From Macrostomum lignano (taxonomy: Eukaryota): a stretch of 64,000 nt of DNA. A model generated the notes under the pieces. It was not told the DNA's origin. It did not search any database and saw nothing but the letters and a program-made list of their open reading frames with translations. The stretch lies in NCBI GenBank assembly GCA_002269645.1, contig NIVC01001010.1, forward strand, positions 186,001-250,000, written 5' to 3'. Each line of letters starts with the position of its first letter. The stretch's first letter is position 1. The translations under genes were made by a program, and so were the position numbers. Shown here one piece after another: positions 1 to 10,545 of the stretch.

Positions 1-283
1 CCAGATCGATTCGCCAAGCTGTTTCGCTGCCACCGCCGAGACCGCCGCCGCCATCATCGGCATCGTCTTCGTCTACGGTAGCAAAGCCGCTCTCCCGGAG
101 CCGCTCCAGTTCTTCAAACAGATCCTCATCGGCCTCGCCGTCGTCCTCGAAGCCGGACAGCTCAGTTGCCGCGGCAATCTGCTCAGCTCCAAATGAATCA
201 TGCTCGAGACAGGCATCAGGATCTTCTTCATTAATTAATTCTGACTGAGACTGATTAGCACTAGCAGACTCTGGCTCTGTCAT
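1..283 (-). CDS. 5' coding end of an unidentified acidic protein (truncated by window edge)
   Basis: ATG at 283-281 opens a stop-free frame to base 1: MTEPESASANQSQSELINEEDPDACLEHDSFGAEQIAAATELSGFEDDGEADEDLFEELERLRESGFATVDEDDADDGGGGLGGGSETAWRIDL. GC-rich exon-like composition. Absent from the ORF track because it runs off the edge. Confidence 0.6.
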   Translation of the reverse strand, partial: MTEPESASANQSQSELINEEDPDACLEHDSFGAEQIAAATELSGFEDDGEADEDLFEELERLRESGFATVDEDDADDGGGGLGGGSETAWRIDL

Positions 284-463
284 GGCTGCAGCTATGATCA
301 GGTAGGCTGATATGTACTTCAATTGCTTTGCTGAAAATCAATAGGCATTTATAAAGAACATTTAAAGACCAAACTTTGTTACATCATATTTTTATGCCAT
401 TTTAACAAAAAATAAACCTAGATAACAATTGAGATAATAATCTATGCAGTCTATGCAGACCAA

Positions 464-1239
464 CAACAACAACAGAGTACGCTGCCAGATCACAAAAGCA
501 GCGTCAGATGGTGCGCTTCAAAGCTTGGGCGCGAACAAAAGCCGCACCGCCGGCAGAGTCCGGGGCGCCGGCGTCAGCCAGCAGACAGTCGACGTAGCGC
601 CGAGTCCTCGCCTGTCCCCGCCGGTAGGGTGCCTGCAACGTAAGTAGCAGCACCTCCTGCACCGGCTCCGGGCAGTAGGCCTCGGCGCGGATGACGTGGC
701 CTGCCAGCTGGAGTCGCCGACGGCGCAGCAGATCGCTAGGACGGGCCAGGCCGGCGCGATGATAGAGCGCCGTGTTGGTGACTCGCTCGTTGCCGATCTT
801 GAAGGCGGCGCGCAGCAGGCCAGCGTGCGCCGCGTCGACTTGAGCCTCGAGCGAGTCTGTCAGCGTCCAGGTCTCGGCGTTGTATAACAGGACGGTCTCG
901 ATCACCGCCTGGAACAGCGCCGCCCTCTGGCGGTCCGGTAGGGCCTCGGACTGCAGGACTGACCTTATAGAACGAAAGGCAGCCCAAGCAAGTCCTCGGC
1001 GACGCCGCAGATCCTCGCGGACGTCGGGAACCAGACCGCCGAGGTAGACGAACTGCTGACATCTTGGAAGCTCACTCGCCTGTCAGTCAGCGCCTCGGCA
1101 GAAGATTGCAGCCTCGGTGTCGTCCGGCACGCATAGCACGACGGTCTTCTGCGTGTTGACCACCAGGCCGACGCTCGCTGCAACGGCAACCAGCCTATCC
1201 AGCTGTCGTTGGGCGCCCTCGACGGTCGAGGACAGCAGG
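464..1239 (-). mobile_element. 5'-truncated RTE-type non-LTR retrotransposon (RT C-terminus)
   Basis: Minus-strand peptides LLSSTVEGAQRQLDRL and IETVLLYNAETWTLT...LRRRRLQLAGHVIR, typical of the RTE RT C-terminus. (GTT)n 3' tail. GCAGACCAA flanks both ends (455-463, 1240-1248) as a TSD. One internal frameshift near 960-980. Confidence 0.85.
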
Positions 1240-1376
1240 GCAGACCAATAGCTCATTTATCTTTAGTTATTAAGTTAGCACTCTTCATGTTTGCGCCCAC
1301 TTTCAATCAATCTTTGCATTCTTCTTCTAAACCTAAAAAACTAAAATTTACTAACCCCTTGTTACATTGAATGGAT

Positions 1377-1560
1377 GGGTCTATGAGAATTTCCCTGTGG
1401 AAAAACATCTTATGGGAAAACCTTGTTGCAAGAAGATCTTAGTGAGAAATCTCAGCAGGGAAATCTTGGTGCAAAAGGCTTGGTGGTTAAACCTATGAGA
1501 AAACATTGCTGTGGGAAAAGCTCATGTGGGCAAACCTCAGTAGGAAATTCTCACACTCCC
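1377..1560. mobile_element. MITE with GGG...CCC termini and 8-bp TSD (Merlin-like)
   Basis: Imperfect TIRs GGGTCTATGAGAATTTCC / GGAAATTCTCACACTCCC. Flanks GAATGGAT/AAATGGAT. Degenerate 15-bp subrepeats. Same family as 48290-49422. Confidence 0.65.
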
Positions 1561-2156
1561 AAATGGATACTAGTTTATTTTATTTTCAATAGAATAGCAT
1601 TTCCAATTATAGACATAGCTACATGTATAAGGTTATATAAAGGTAACCAAGGAGAATTTTTGAAAAGTACCAAGACTGAAATAATTTAAAACATATAAAC
1701 ATATGCATTTTGTTTCTATATCCTTGCACCAAATACTATAGAAACTATATCTTTATAGTAGTATAACTCTACCATTGTCTAGTTTTAAGCCACAAAAAGA
1801 AAAATTAAAGGAAAGTGTTGTGGTTATGAAATAATTAAGTGTTACTAATTCTTAATTTTAGTTCAATGATTACATATTGCTTATAAAAATAAAATAAATT
1901 TATCTATACAATTTCCTTGACCATAAAAGTTCAAAGATGATAAAATAATAGGCCTAGTCTATTTAGCTTATTTTTGATTGATAAATTAATCAACCAAAGT
2001 ATCAAAAATGACTAAATAAAATGGTTATTATTAACAACTTTAATAAGTAAGGACTCTATTTTCATGACAATTAGATTTTGAAATAATATTTAAATATTTT
2101 TCTTATTAGCAATTAGGTATTTTTAGGAAATACAAAATTCCAACTTTTGCCAATTC

Positions 2157-2210
2157 CATACATGCACAACCTTGGGAATCACTGGGCCATTTCTATTGGC
2201 AACACATAAG
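2157..2210 (+). mobile_element. Left end of CATACATGCGCAAC-family hAT MITE
   Basis: CATACATGCACAACCTTGGGAATCACTGGGCCATTTCTATTGGCAACACATA matches the arms of the 58541-58712 element. Confidence 0.6.
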
Positions 2211-2395
2211 AATTTCTAAGATGTCAAGGATTAGTAAGGGAATTACTAGATTTCAAGGCTTACTGGGGGATTGCTGATATGTCAAGGCTTGAGTTTAATT
2301 GCTACAATGTCAATGCTTACTGAGGGAATTTCTAAGATGTCAAGGCCTACTAGGGGAATTGCTGAGATATCAAGGCTCATGGGGATGGCTGAATT
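2211..2395. repeat. Degenerate ~30-bp minisatellite (GGGATTGCTGAYATGTCAAGGCTTA-like)
   Basis: About 6 diverged units. A reverse-complement relative lies at 23660-23810. Confidence 0.55.
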
Positions 2396-2822
2396 TTTAG
2401 GGGGATAGTGTTAGGTTGTTAAGCAATTGTTAGATTGTCAAGTAGTATGGCTTAAATAGCTCATTTAATTCAGATAATGAATGATGCAAACACATAAGTG
2501 ATGCTGATTTCTGCTAATAGGAAATGTCAGTTTATTTATTAAAGGTTTAGTTTGTGCTGGAAAGAATAAGCACTATTTGCTGATTGAAAAAGAATTTCGG
2601 GCTGATGAAAGAAACTGTTTTGGCTGGTAAGAGTTTTGATTCATTCATGGCAATTTATTTTTGCCAAAATTAGAAAAAAAAATTTTGATTAATCAAAATC
2701 AACATTTTGTATAATTAGTAAGGTTAATACTCTCGGGCCAAAATAAAAACTAATTGGCGTCATTTTTAAAGCCCCTAGCAGGTGGCTAATTGGCTAGTTC
2801 CATGTACTAAAATGGTTTGTCA

Positions 2823-2835
2823 GTATCTATCTATC

Positions 2836-2866
<31 letters not shown>

Positions 2867-2906
2867 ATCTATCTATCTATCTATCTATCTATCTAGGTAG
2901 GTAGGT
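2823..2906. repeat. (TATC)n microsatellite followed by (TAGG)n
   Basis: Seen directly in the sequence. Confidence 0.95.
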
Positions 2907-3459
2907 ATGCAATCAATTTTTTGCAAAATGGCTGAACTGATTTTCTTTGAACTTGCACTGTTTGATCAGAAATTTTTCCGTGACAGTATATACAATGTGG
3001 CTAAGAAATTGCTTGATGCTAAAGGCATTAAATATTCAAAAACATGCTTTTTTGCAAAGGTCAAGCAGCTCTTTCAACATGAAATGCATTGTAAGAATGC
3101 TAGAGAAAAAACTGACTGGTTGAATTCTTATTCTGAAATAGATTGCATCACACAAAGCTTTTTATTTATTGTCTGAGTACTGGCTAAATTATGAAAGTGA
3201 ATTGAATTGTGTCACAGCATTGAGTGTGGAAGCAAAGCACAGTACTTGATTTATATTACATAACCATTTTGTTAACTTTAATAGACAGTGGTACTGACTT
3301 GCTTAAGAAATTCATTATTTCATAACTGCTTCATGTGACTTTTACTCTACCTGACTTGGTGTGAGTGTTGAATTATATAGGTGCTACAAATTCACTTATA
3401 ACTTCAATGAGAGCTAGCTTAGAGCTGAACAGACTGGACTGCTAATGCAGTGACCTAGG

Positions 3460-3835
3460 TTTGAACCAAGGATTTCTACACTTGATAAACCAAGGATTAC
3501 TGCATTTGATAAAGCAGGGATTACTGTGCTTGATAAATCAAGGATTTCTGCATTTGATAAACAAAGGATTATTGCACTTGATAAACTAGGGATTGCTGTG
3601 CTTGATAAATCAAGGATTTCTACACTTGATAAACAAAGGATTACTGTGCTTGATAAATCAAGGATTTCTACACTTGATAAACAAAGGATTATTGCACTTG
3701 ATAAACCAAGGATTACTGCACTTGATAGACCAAGGATTACTGCACTTGATAAACCAAGGATTACTGCACTTGATAAACCAAGGATTACTGCACTTGATAA
3801 ACCAAGGATTACTGCACTTGATAAACCAAGGAACC
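3460..3835. repeat. 24-bp minisatellite CTTGATAAACCAAGGATTACTGCA
   Basis: About 15 units. Produces the artefactual ORFs 3526-3846 and 3593-3898. Confidence 0.9.
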
Positions 3836-3844
3836 TTTCTATCT

Positions 3845-4085
3845 AGGGATGCTTGCTATTTAAGGATGATTGCTATTTGCAGAATGCTTGCCATCTAGGT
3901 GGATGCTTGCTATCTAGGTGGATGCTTGCTATCTAGGGTGATTCTTGCTATCAGGGTGGATGCTTGTTACGAGTATTAGGAGATGCTTGCTATCTGCAGT
4001 TGCTTACTTTTGGAGGGGGTGCTTGCTATCTGAAGGGATGCTTGCTGTCTTGGGAATATTTTCTATTTAGGGGGGATGTCTGTTA
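3845..4085. repeat. Degenerate ~19-bp repeat GGATGCTTGCTATCTAG
   Basis: About 10 diverged units. Confidence 0.7.
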
Positions 4086-4267
4086 TCTTTGTGAAAGCTA
4101 TATTTTGTTGTCTGTTAATTTTAGAAAAAAAGAGATTCATAGCAAATATCATTGTCTGTGACAATTTTATATGAATAAGGAGATTTTTTAAATTAAAGAA
4201 AGAATTGGTATTTAAGCAAATGTGCTTTATATTTTTTTCTATGAACTATTTTTTGCTCCTTTCTTAT

Positions 4268-4302
4268 TGGGTGCCCCAAAGGGGGCTGTACTAGATTGCT
4301 AG
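4268..4302 (+). mobile_element. Helitron-like 3' terminus (GC hairpin + CTAG)
   Basis: GCCCC-AAA-GGGGGC followed by TGTACTAGATTGCTAG. The same motif occurs on the minus strand at 19803-19846 and 23600-23630. Confidence 0.45.
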
Positions 4303-4426
4303 AATTTGACTAAAAATAAAGTTGTAAGTTGACTATTTTTGGATGCCCTATTGGAATAAATGTTGAAAACCCATGGACACACACTTTAGAAAAGAGTCAA
4401 ACTATTTTACCGCGCTTTAGGATTAT

Positions 4427-4737
4427 TAGAGATGTTCCAAAAGATCTGCAGTTTCGTCGAAATCAAAATTTGCTTACTTTCCAAAATCAAAATTGAAATT
4501 TCCCGAAATCATAATTCAGAAAAATAAAGTTTAGTATGATCAACATTCACTTTTTCACTTTTAATTTACTGCTTAAGCAAAAAGTAATACATTTATATAT
4601 AGTAGAAATTAGTTTATTTTTAGCAACTTTTTAGACACTACCAAAATTTTCGCTTCTAATTTTTTTTCAAAATTGAAATTTGCTCTAAAAAATTTCAAAT
4701 TTTGGAGAATTGAAATTGAATTTTTGGAACATCTCTA
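4427..4737. mobile_element. hAT-like MITE
   Basis: Perfect 16-bp TIR TAGAGATGTTCCAAAA / TTTTGGAACATCTCTA. Putative 8-bp TSD is decayed (5/8). Confidence 0.7.
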
Positions 4738-5775
4738 AGCTTAATAAATTACAAGTGTATAAGCCCTTTCCATAGAGTTATTATACCTATTTCCATATAT
4801 ATGTATTTGCTAAAGCAGCAGCCAGTAAGAAAGGGCAGCGTGCGCATAGGCGCTGCGCTTTAGAAAAATTCCAAAAGTGCGCCGGACACTGTCCGCGGTT
4901 TTACTACTTTTTCCTATAGGGTTTGGGTGCAAATTATACAAAATATACCAAAATATTAGATTGTATGAATTTGGACTTAAATAATATAACATTATATTAC
5001 TTTTTAGTTTAAGCATTGATTAGTATAGAAAGCAGTGCATGTACACTATAAGTTTATCCTATTAATAATTCCGTCACTTATTCCATCAAACAATTTAAGC
5101 ATTGATTGGTGTAGAGAGCAGTATATGTAGGTTCATCCTGTCAGTAATTCTTTCAGTAATTCTGTCCCTTATTCCATTATTTTTATATTTTATTTTATAT
5201 GTTTTTTATATCCTAGAAAGTCTTATAGATTGATGCACTTATAGATTGATATTTTAACTACTTGTATACTTTAAAAAAAACTATTTCAGCCTCTACAAAA
5301 TGTCTACAAACCAAAAGCCACGAAAACTGCAAATTGATTCTAGATTCCCACATTCATCCCTCACTTTTGTCTTACGATCAGTAGCCTAATGATCCCCACA
5401 CAGTTAAATAGATGTTTTATATTGTGAGGTGATCATAAGACAAAAGTAAGTTTATATTCATCTTGCAAACACTTACATATCATTTCTTGATTTCACCATT
5501 TAAATGATCATATGAAGAAAGTGAATATAAGCTATATGCTTCCATGGCATAACTAGCCTATGCTACACCTATGTTTCAATGACTTGCAGTGACAATTTTA
5601 ATTGACTTGGAAGTGAGTTTAATGGAAAATGAATTTGAAATGTAATTTTTTGATATAGGACTACTGGAGTGTCCTGTTGACTCTTTTCTAAAGGGGATTG
5701 TAGTACAAAACTGGACCTGCTCAGGGCCAGGATTGTAAAACGAAAGAATGCCAGAAAGATGACATAGTTTGTTAT

Positions 5776-6403
5776 CACCATAGTCAGGAAGGTGTCCAGT
5801 GTACGCCGGAATGAAAATTAAGAAAAAATGTTGTGTACGCCAAAATTGAAAAGCCCTAAAAAAGAAAGCGCTTTTTAACGTACGCCAAAATTTGAATAGC
5901 CCAAAAAAGCGTACGCCAAAATTTGCAACTTAAATCTTAACTTACCTGTATGTCATCTGTTGTAACGTGAAGAAATCTAAAATACTAAAGTAATTATTGT
6001 ACAGAATTAGTTAATAAGTTAAAATAAATAACTGACTTACACAAAACTTTAGTAAAGTTTTGTTAACAATAAATCAGATTTAAAATTTACGTAATTTCAG
6101 CGTTTTAAAGATGAAAATAGATTTACCAATTCACTAAAATTGAACGATATACAATACTTTGTCGAAGTAATTGGGTTGTTTGCAGGTTTTTTAAACGTTT
6201 GTTCGTACGCCAATCACATGCAAATATTGTAGGCCGATTTTTGGACAGATTTTTGCATGCGAAAACTGTGTTGTGTACGCCAAGAACTCTGTACGCCATT
6301 TTTCGGACCGCGTGTACGCGAAACTGTACGCCATTTTTTTTGGGGGTGGGGGTTGATGTACGCCGGAAAATTCCGGCGCACGGACACCTTCCTGACTATG
6401 GTG
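5776..6403. mobile_element. Chapaev-like (CMC) non-autonomous element
   Basis: TIR CACCATAGTCAGGAAGGTGTCC continuing imperfectly to GCCGGAAT. 4-bp TSD TTAT. About 9 internal GTACGCC motifs. Confidence 0.75.
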
Positions 6404-7179
6404 TTATCATAGACCCTATCATCACAATGAAAGCAAGATATGTTAATACAGTAGTTTTTCTCATTAAAAAAATTAAGAGCATGCAGCAGAGCATGCTAAA
6501 TCCAAAAATGAACTGGCACCTCAAGGCTCAATTACAGTTACTTACTGCAACTGTATAGGGATAGGCCTATTCTGATTCAATTATCAATAATGAACCAATT
6601 ATGAGTCTGAATGACTCAAGCAGAATTGGAAGTCAATAACTGTCCAACCCCCACTTTTTAACTCTCCTATGCCTAAGGCGTAAGGGTTACTTACTGGCTA
6701 GGCCAATTAGTGGTGAAATATTTTTCATATATAGCACTAAGTGCAAGTGGTTCGCAGCACCTATGTAGAAGTAGCACGTATTGCAGACATACACAATTAA
6801 TATAAGAAATGCTGCTCTTTCAAAAAAAATAGGATATATCATCGTCCAAAATGTGAAAATTTAATTTAAGTAACCTTTATTTTTAGTTTTGCTTTCCTTC
6901 CAAAATTATTAAAAATTTTAGGAGTTTGAAGCGTGGTTTTGTTAAAGCTAGTAAAGTTCATTATTTTCAATGAAAAGTTCGAAGATTAATTTGAACGTAA
7001 TAAAATTTAGCACGTGGAACCTCGTAAAACGTTGTAAAGTTGACACAAACGATGTCCGATGAGCTAGATCACTGCCTTGCAGCGATTTTATAGTTTTTTT
7101 AAATAACCACTGGCCGACTAGTTCCTATGTACAAGACTAGAATTCTCTGGCTTATGTTGGTCATTTTTAGTATAGGCCT

Positions 7180-7756
7180 GGTAACCGGTCGTTACGCCCA
7201 TAGGCCATAAACCGTTTGGGCCATGGACATTTCGCCCCCAGACCATTTCGCCCACAGACCGTTTCGGCAATGGACAGTTTCGCCTCCAATTCGGACCATG
7301 CAGGGTTGAAATGAACAAAGTCATGAGCTGAGAGTATGCGAGATGAGACGAAAGTGCCAAAGAGCACTGACAACCAACGATACGATTTATTATAAGCGAG
7401 GTTCAATAGTAGCCACCCCCACTTTCCAGGGCTAAAACACCAACAATCTGACCTATACTAAATGTATACTAAAATCACGATAGAGCAGAGTTCTGCAAAG
7501 AGCATGAGCCGCGGACTATGAGCACATGCACTCCACTGGTATCACAAGTTCCTCGGTCTTGACATTTCTGTCTGGTGCTTAAAGATACTAAGAAAATAAA
7601 GATATGTGTATTTCTGTATCTCTAAAATACATAATGGCCATTTTGGCTGAAACGCCCATTGCTAAACTGGTTTATGGGCAAAACGGGTTATAGGTGAAAT
7701 GGTCTAGTCTGGGGGTGAAATGTCCATGGCTGAAATGGTTTAGGGGCGAAACAACC
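7180..7756. mobile_element. MULE-like foldback element
   Basis: ~110-bp inverted arms with CATTTCGCCC subrepeats. Perfect 9-bp TSD TATAGGCCT (7171-7179, 7757-7765). Confidence 0.75.
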
Positions 7757-8085
7757 TATAGGCCTATATGCTATAGCAAAAATTATACAAAAAAAATGCT
7801 TTCTGGCTTTTTTACTTTGTCTGTCAGTTAAGTAGAGAATAGGGACATGCAGTTCCTGGATACTTTGTCATATAACCACTTTGTCATTTACTCATATTTT
7901 TGGACACCTCGTTATCTACAACAATATTAATATAAGCCCTTTGTCATCTACTTCTTGGTCTAGCCTTAGCCATTATCATTAGCCATATATGCAGGGCCAT
8001 ACTGCGCCTGAATGCATGCAAAAACAATAGTTCTTTCTATAAATTATCCTTTGAAAGAAATACTAGTATCCAATCAATCCAGCAA

Positions 8086-8382
8086 GGTAATGGCTAGAGT
8101 TCCGGCCCTAGAACTAATTTTCTAATGGCTAGGCCTATGGATCTAGCAGTCTTTTGCAGGTAGTTTTTTACTAATTAAGTCTTTGAACATTAGAAATATC
8201 TTGTTTTAAATCTCATTGTTTTGTTTTGATCTTATCTTGAGCAAAATCCTAATATCAACCATCCATTAAAAAATTAAAATATTTCTACTACATTATACCC
8301 ATAAATTGCACTATTGGAATACCATTGCCAGATCCATAGCCATTAGAAAATGGGTTCCAGTGCTGGAACTCTAGCTATTGCC
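8086..8382. mobile_element. MITE-like inverted-repeat element
   Basis: ~60-bp imperfect inverted arms (AATGGCTAGAGTTCC...TTTTCTAATGGCTA...TGGATCT). No clear TSD. Confidence 0.5.
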
Positions 8383-9767
8383 ATTTGACAATAAGACAAT
8401 CTGGCAACAAATGATTTGGTAATAGTTAATCTGGCACTCCAGCAACAAAGTGTATACAAATAAAAGCTATTTAATCCATTAGGCCTATTTAGCATTTATA
8501 CAGATTATTAAAGCTTATATTATACTATTGTTTTTTTAATATTATTAAATTTTGCAAGTTTATTTATGCAGAATTTGGTAAACTAAATGGAATAATTATG
8601 TATATAATATAGTATATTCTATATTTTGCAAATTATATATATACAAATTAATTTTGTCAAATGCATTAATCAAAATCAAGTCTATTAGTATTAAGTATTG
8701 TCTATTTACTTAGGGCCTAACATTGATTTTCTAGTCTAATAATCTATATTGTACTCAGTATTCATTTCTTCCCATATAAATCTATTATACAACAATATCT
8801 ACAAAATTGTCACATTATAAGTCCTATGATGCAGATAAGTTCAATGTTCATTTAATTGTATGCAAATTAAAATTAAAATTTAAAATTTAGCAAAATACAA
8901 TAATAATATTATATAAAGCACTATGCAAGTTTGTAACCTTAAATAAAATTATAGCAAGCACTAGTCTATATACAATATACAATTAGATAACAAAATTGTT
9001 ATAGCAACAAGTTGAATATGTAGATATATATGTTTAATCCTATATTTATAAATATTGGACTTTAACCTATCTAGAGATAAGGTCTATTATATTGATACTA
9101 TATTGATTAAATAGCTATTTAAATAGATATTTGGATATAGGGGCCCATGAATATTTGGAAATTATGTAACAAATTTATAGCCTTGCAAAATTTCTGGGAT
9201 AATGCAATGTCTTAAAATTTGGTCACTTTGGTCACTTTGTTATTTAGATGTATTAACCATTTTTTTATATGACAAAAGGCCTAGTAATATCAATTACTTT
9301 AAAGATTATTATAAATGATTAATAATTACTAAATTATTAACTAGGCCTTTAGGCTCATATTAATTATAAAATATATATATTGCAACATATACTTTTTTAA
9401 ATAAAATATTTTAATAAGCTTGTTATAAAAATATTTTTGAAACTTATTTGACCTTATTATTTGACCTTTATAATTGAAAGTGAAACTTCTCCTTTGGAGT
9501 AGAAAAGGGAGGAACTCCCATCACTAGAATTCTATTCCCTAAAATCTACCAGCTGAAATTCCATGCCTTGAACCCTATCTTTCAAATCCTTTCCAAATTC
9601 TTTATAAAACCCTTTAAATACCATAGTCCATATATTGTTTCTACTTTCTCCTCTCCCTTCCTCTTTCATATCATCCCTCATCTCACTTCTTTCTTCTCTA
9701 TTCTCTCCTCTCTTCTATTTCCCCTATAGGCTCTTATCCGTCTTCTCTTCTCTCCTTTCCTCTCTTG

Positions 9768-10029
9768 CATACATGCGCAACCCCCTGATTTACACTGGCC
9801 ATGCAACTTACTTTTTGACCAAAAATGCAACTTACCTGTAAAAAACATAACGCAATTTTGGATAAACGGCAAGAGTAACTATGACTGTCTTATAAGGGCT
9901 AAATGCCTCATCATCTAATTAGAACTACATTTGTATTCCTTAGACTGGGCATTTTTGCGACTTACCCCTGGTCCACCATAATTTACAGTGGCCAGATTGG
10001 CCAGGTTGGCCAGCAGTTGCGCATGTATG
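9768..10029. mobile_element. hAT MITE carrying a 28S rRNA fragment
   Basis: Perfect 14-bp TIR CATACATGCGCAAC / GTTGCGCATGTATG. Perfect 8-bp TSD CTCTCTTG. Confidence 0.8.
9860..9922 (+). pseudogene. 63-bp decayed 28S rRNA fragment (R2/I-PpoI target region)
   Basis: GGATAAACGGCAAGAGTAACTATGACTGTCTTATAAGGGCTAAATGCCTCATCATCTAATTAG versus conserved 28S GGGTAAACGGCGGGAGTAACTATGACTCTCTTAAGGTAGCCAAATGCCTCGTCATCTAATTAG: 52/63 identical ungapped. Confidence 0.85.
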
Positions 10030-10244
10030 CTCTCTTGTCTCCCTTTGCTATCTTATATCTCTCATTCTCATCTCCTCTCTCTTCTTCTCTTCTTTCCCCT
10101 CTTCATTCTTGCCTCATTCCTTTCTTCTCTCCCATTTATCATGTCTAATATGTCCTCTCTCATATTGGCTTTCTTTTCTATCATCTTTTCTCTCTTCTTT
10201 TCACTTTCTTGTTTGACTGACTGCAGCTGAAGGTACCAAATCTA

Positions 10245-10545
10245 TTAAAATCCTTCTTATCAAATAGAAATCTATCAAAATTATCTTTGTGAAATAAAAA
10301 TCCATCAAAAATTTCTTTGTAAAACAGAACTCCATAAAGAACTTTCCACGAAACTGAAAACCATCAAAATCCTCTCTGTCAAATAGAAATCTATCAAAAT
10401 TCTCTTTGTGAAATAGAAATCTATCAAAATCCTCTTCTATATACTAATTTTGCGTTGGGAAACTAAAAGCCATCAAAATCATTTCCATGAAACAGAACTT
10501 AATCAAATTCTTTTCATGAAACTGACTTCCATCAAAATTTTTTCC
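10245..10545. repeat. Degenerate ~30-bp tandem repeat (GAAATAGAAATCTATCAAAATCCTCTTTGT-like)
   Basis: About 9 diverged units. Confidence 0.65.

Larger units (their letters stand above)
9640..10210. repeat. CT-rich low-complexity tract interrupted by a MITE
   Basis: Polypyrimidine tracts flank 9768-10029. Confidence 0.8.

Noticed and set aside
2907-3176. 89-aa ORF
   Set aside because: No motif recognised; AT-rich and starts in a microsatellite.
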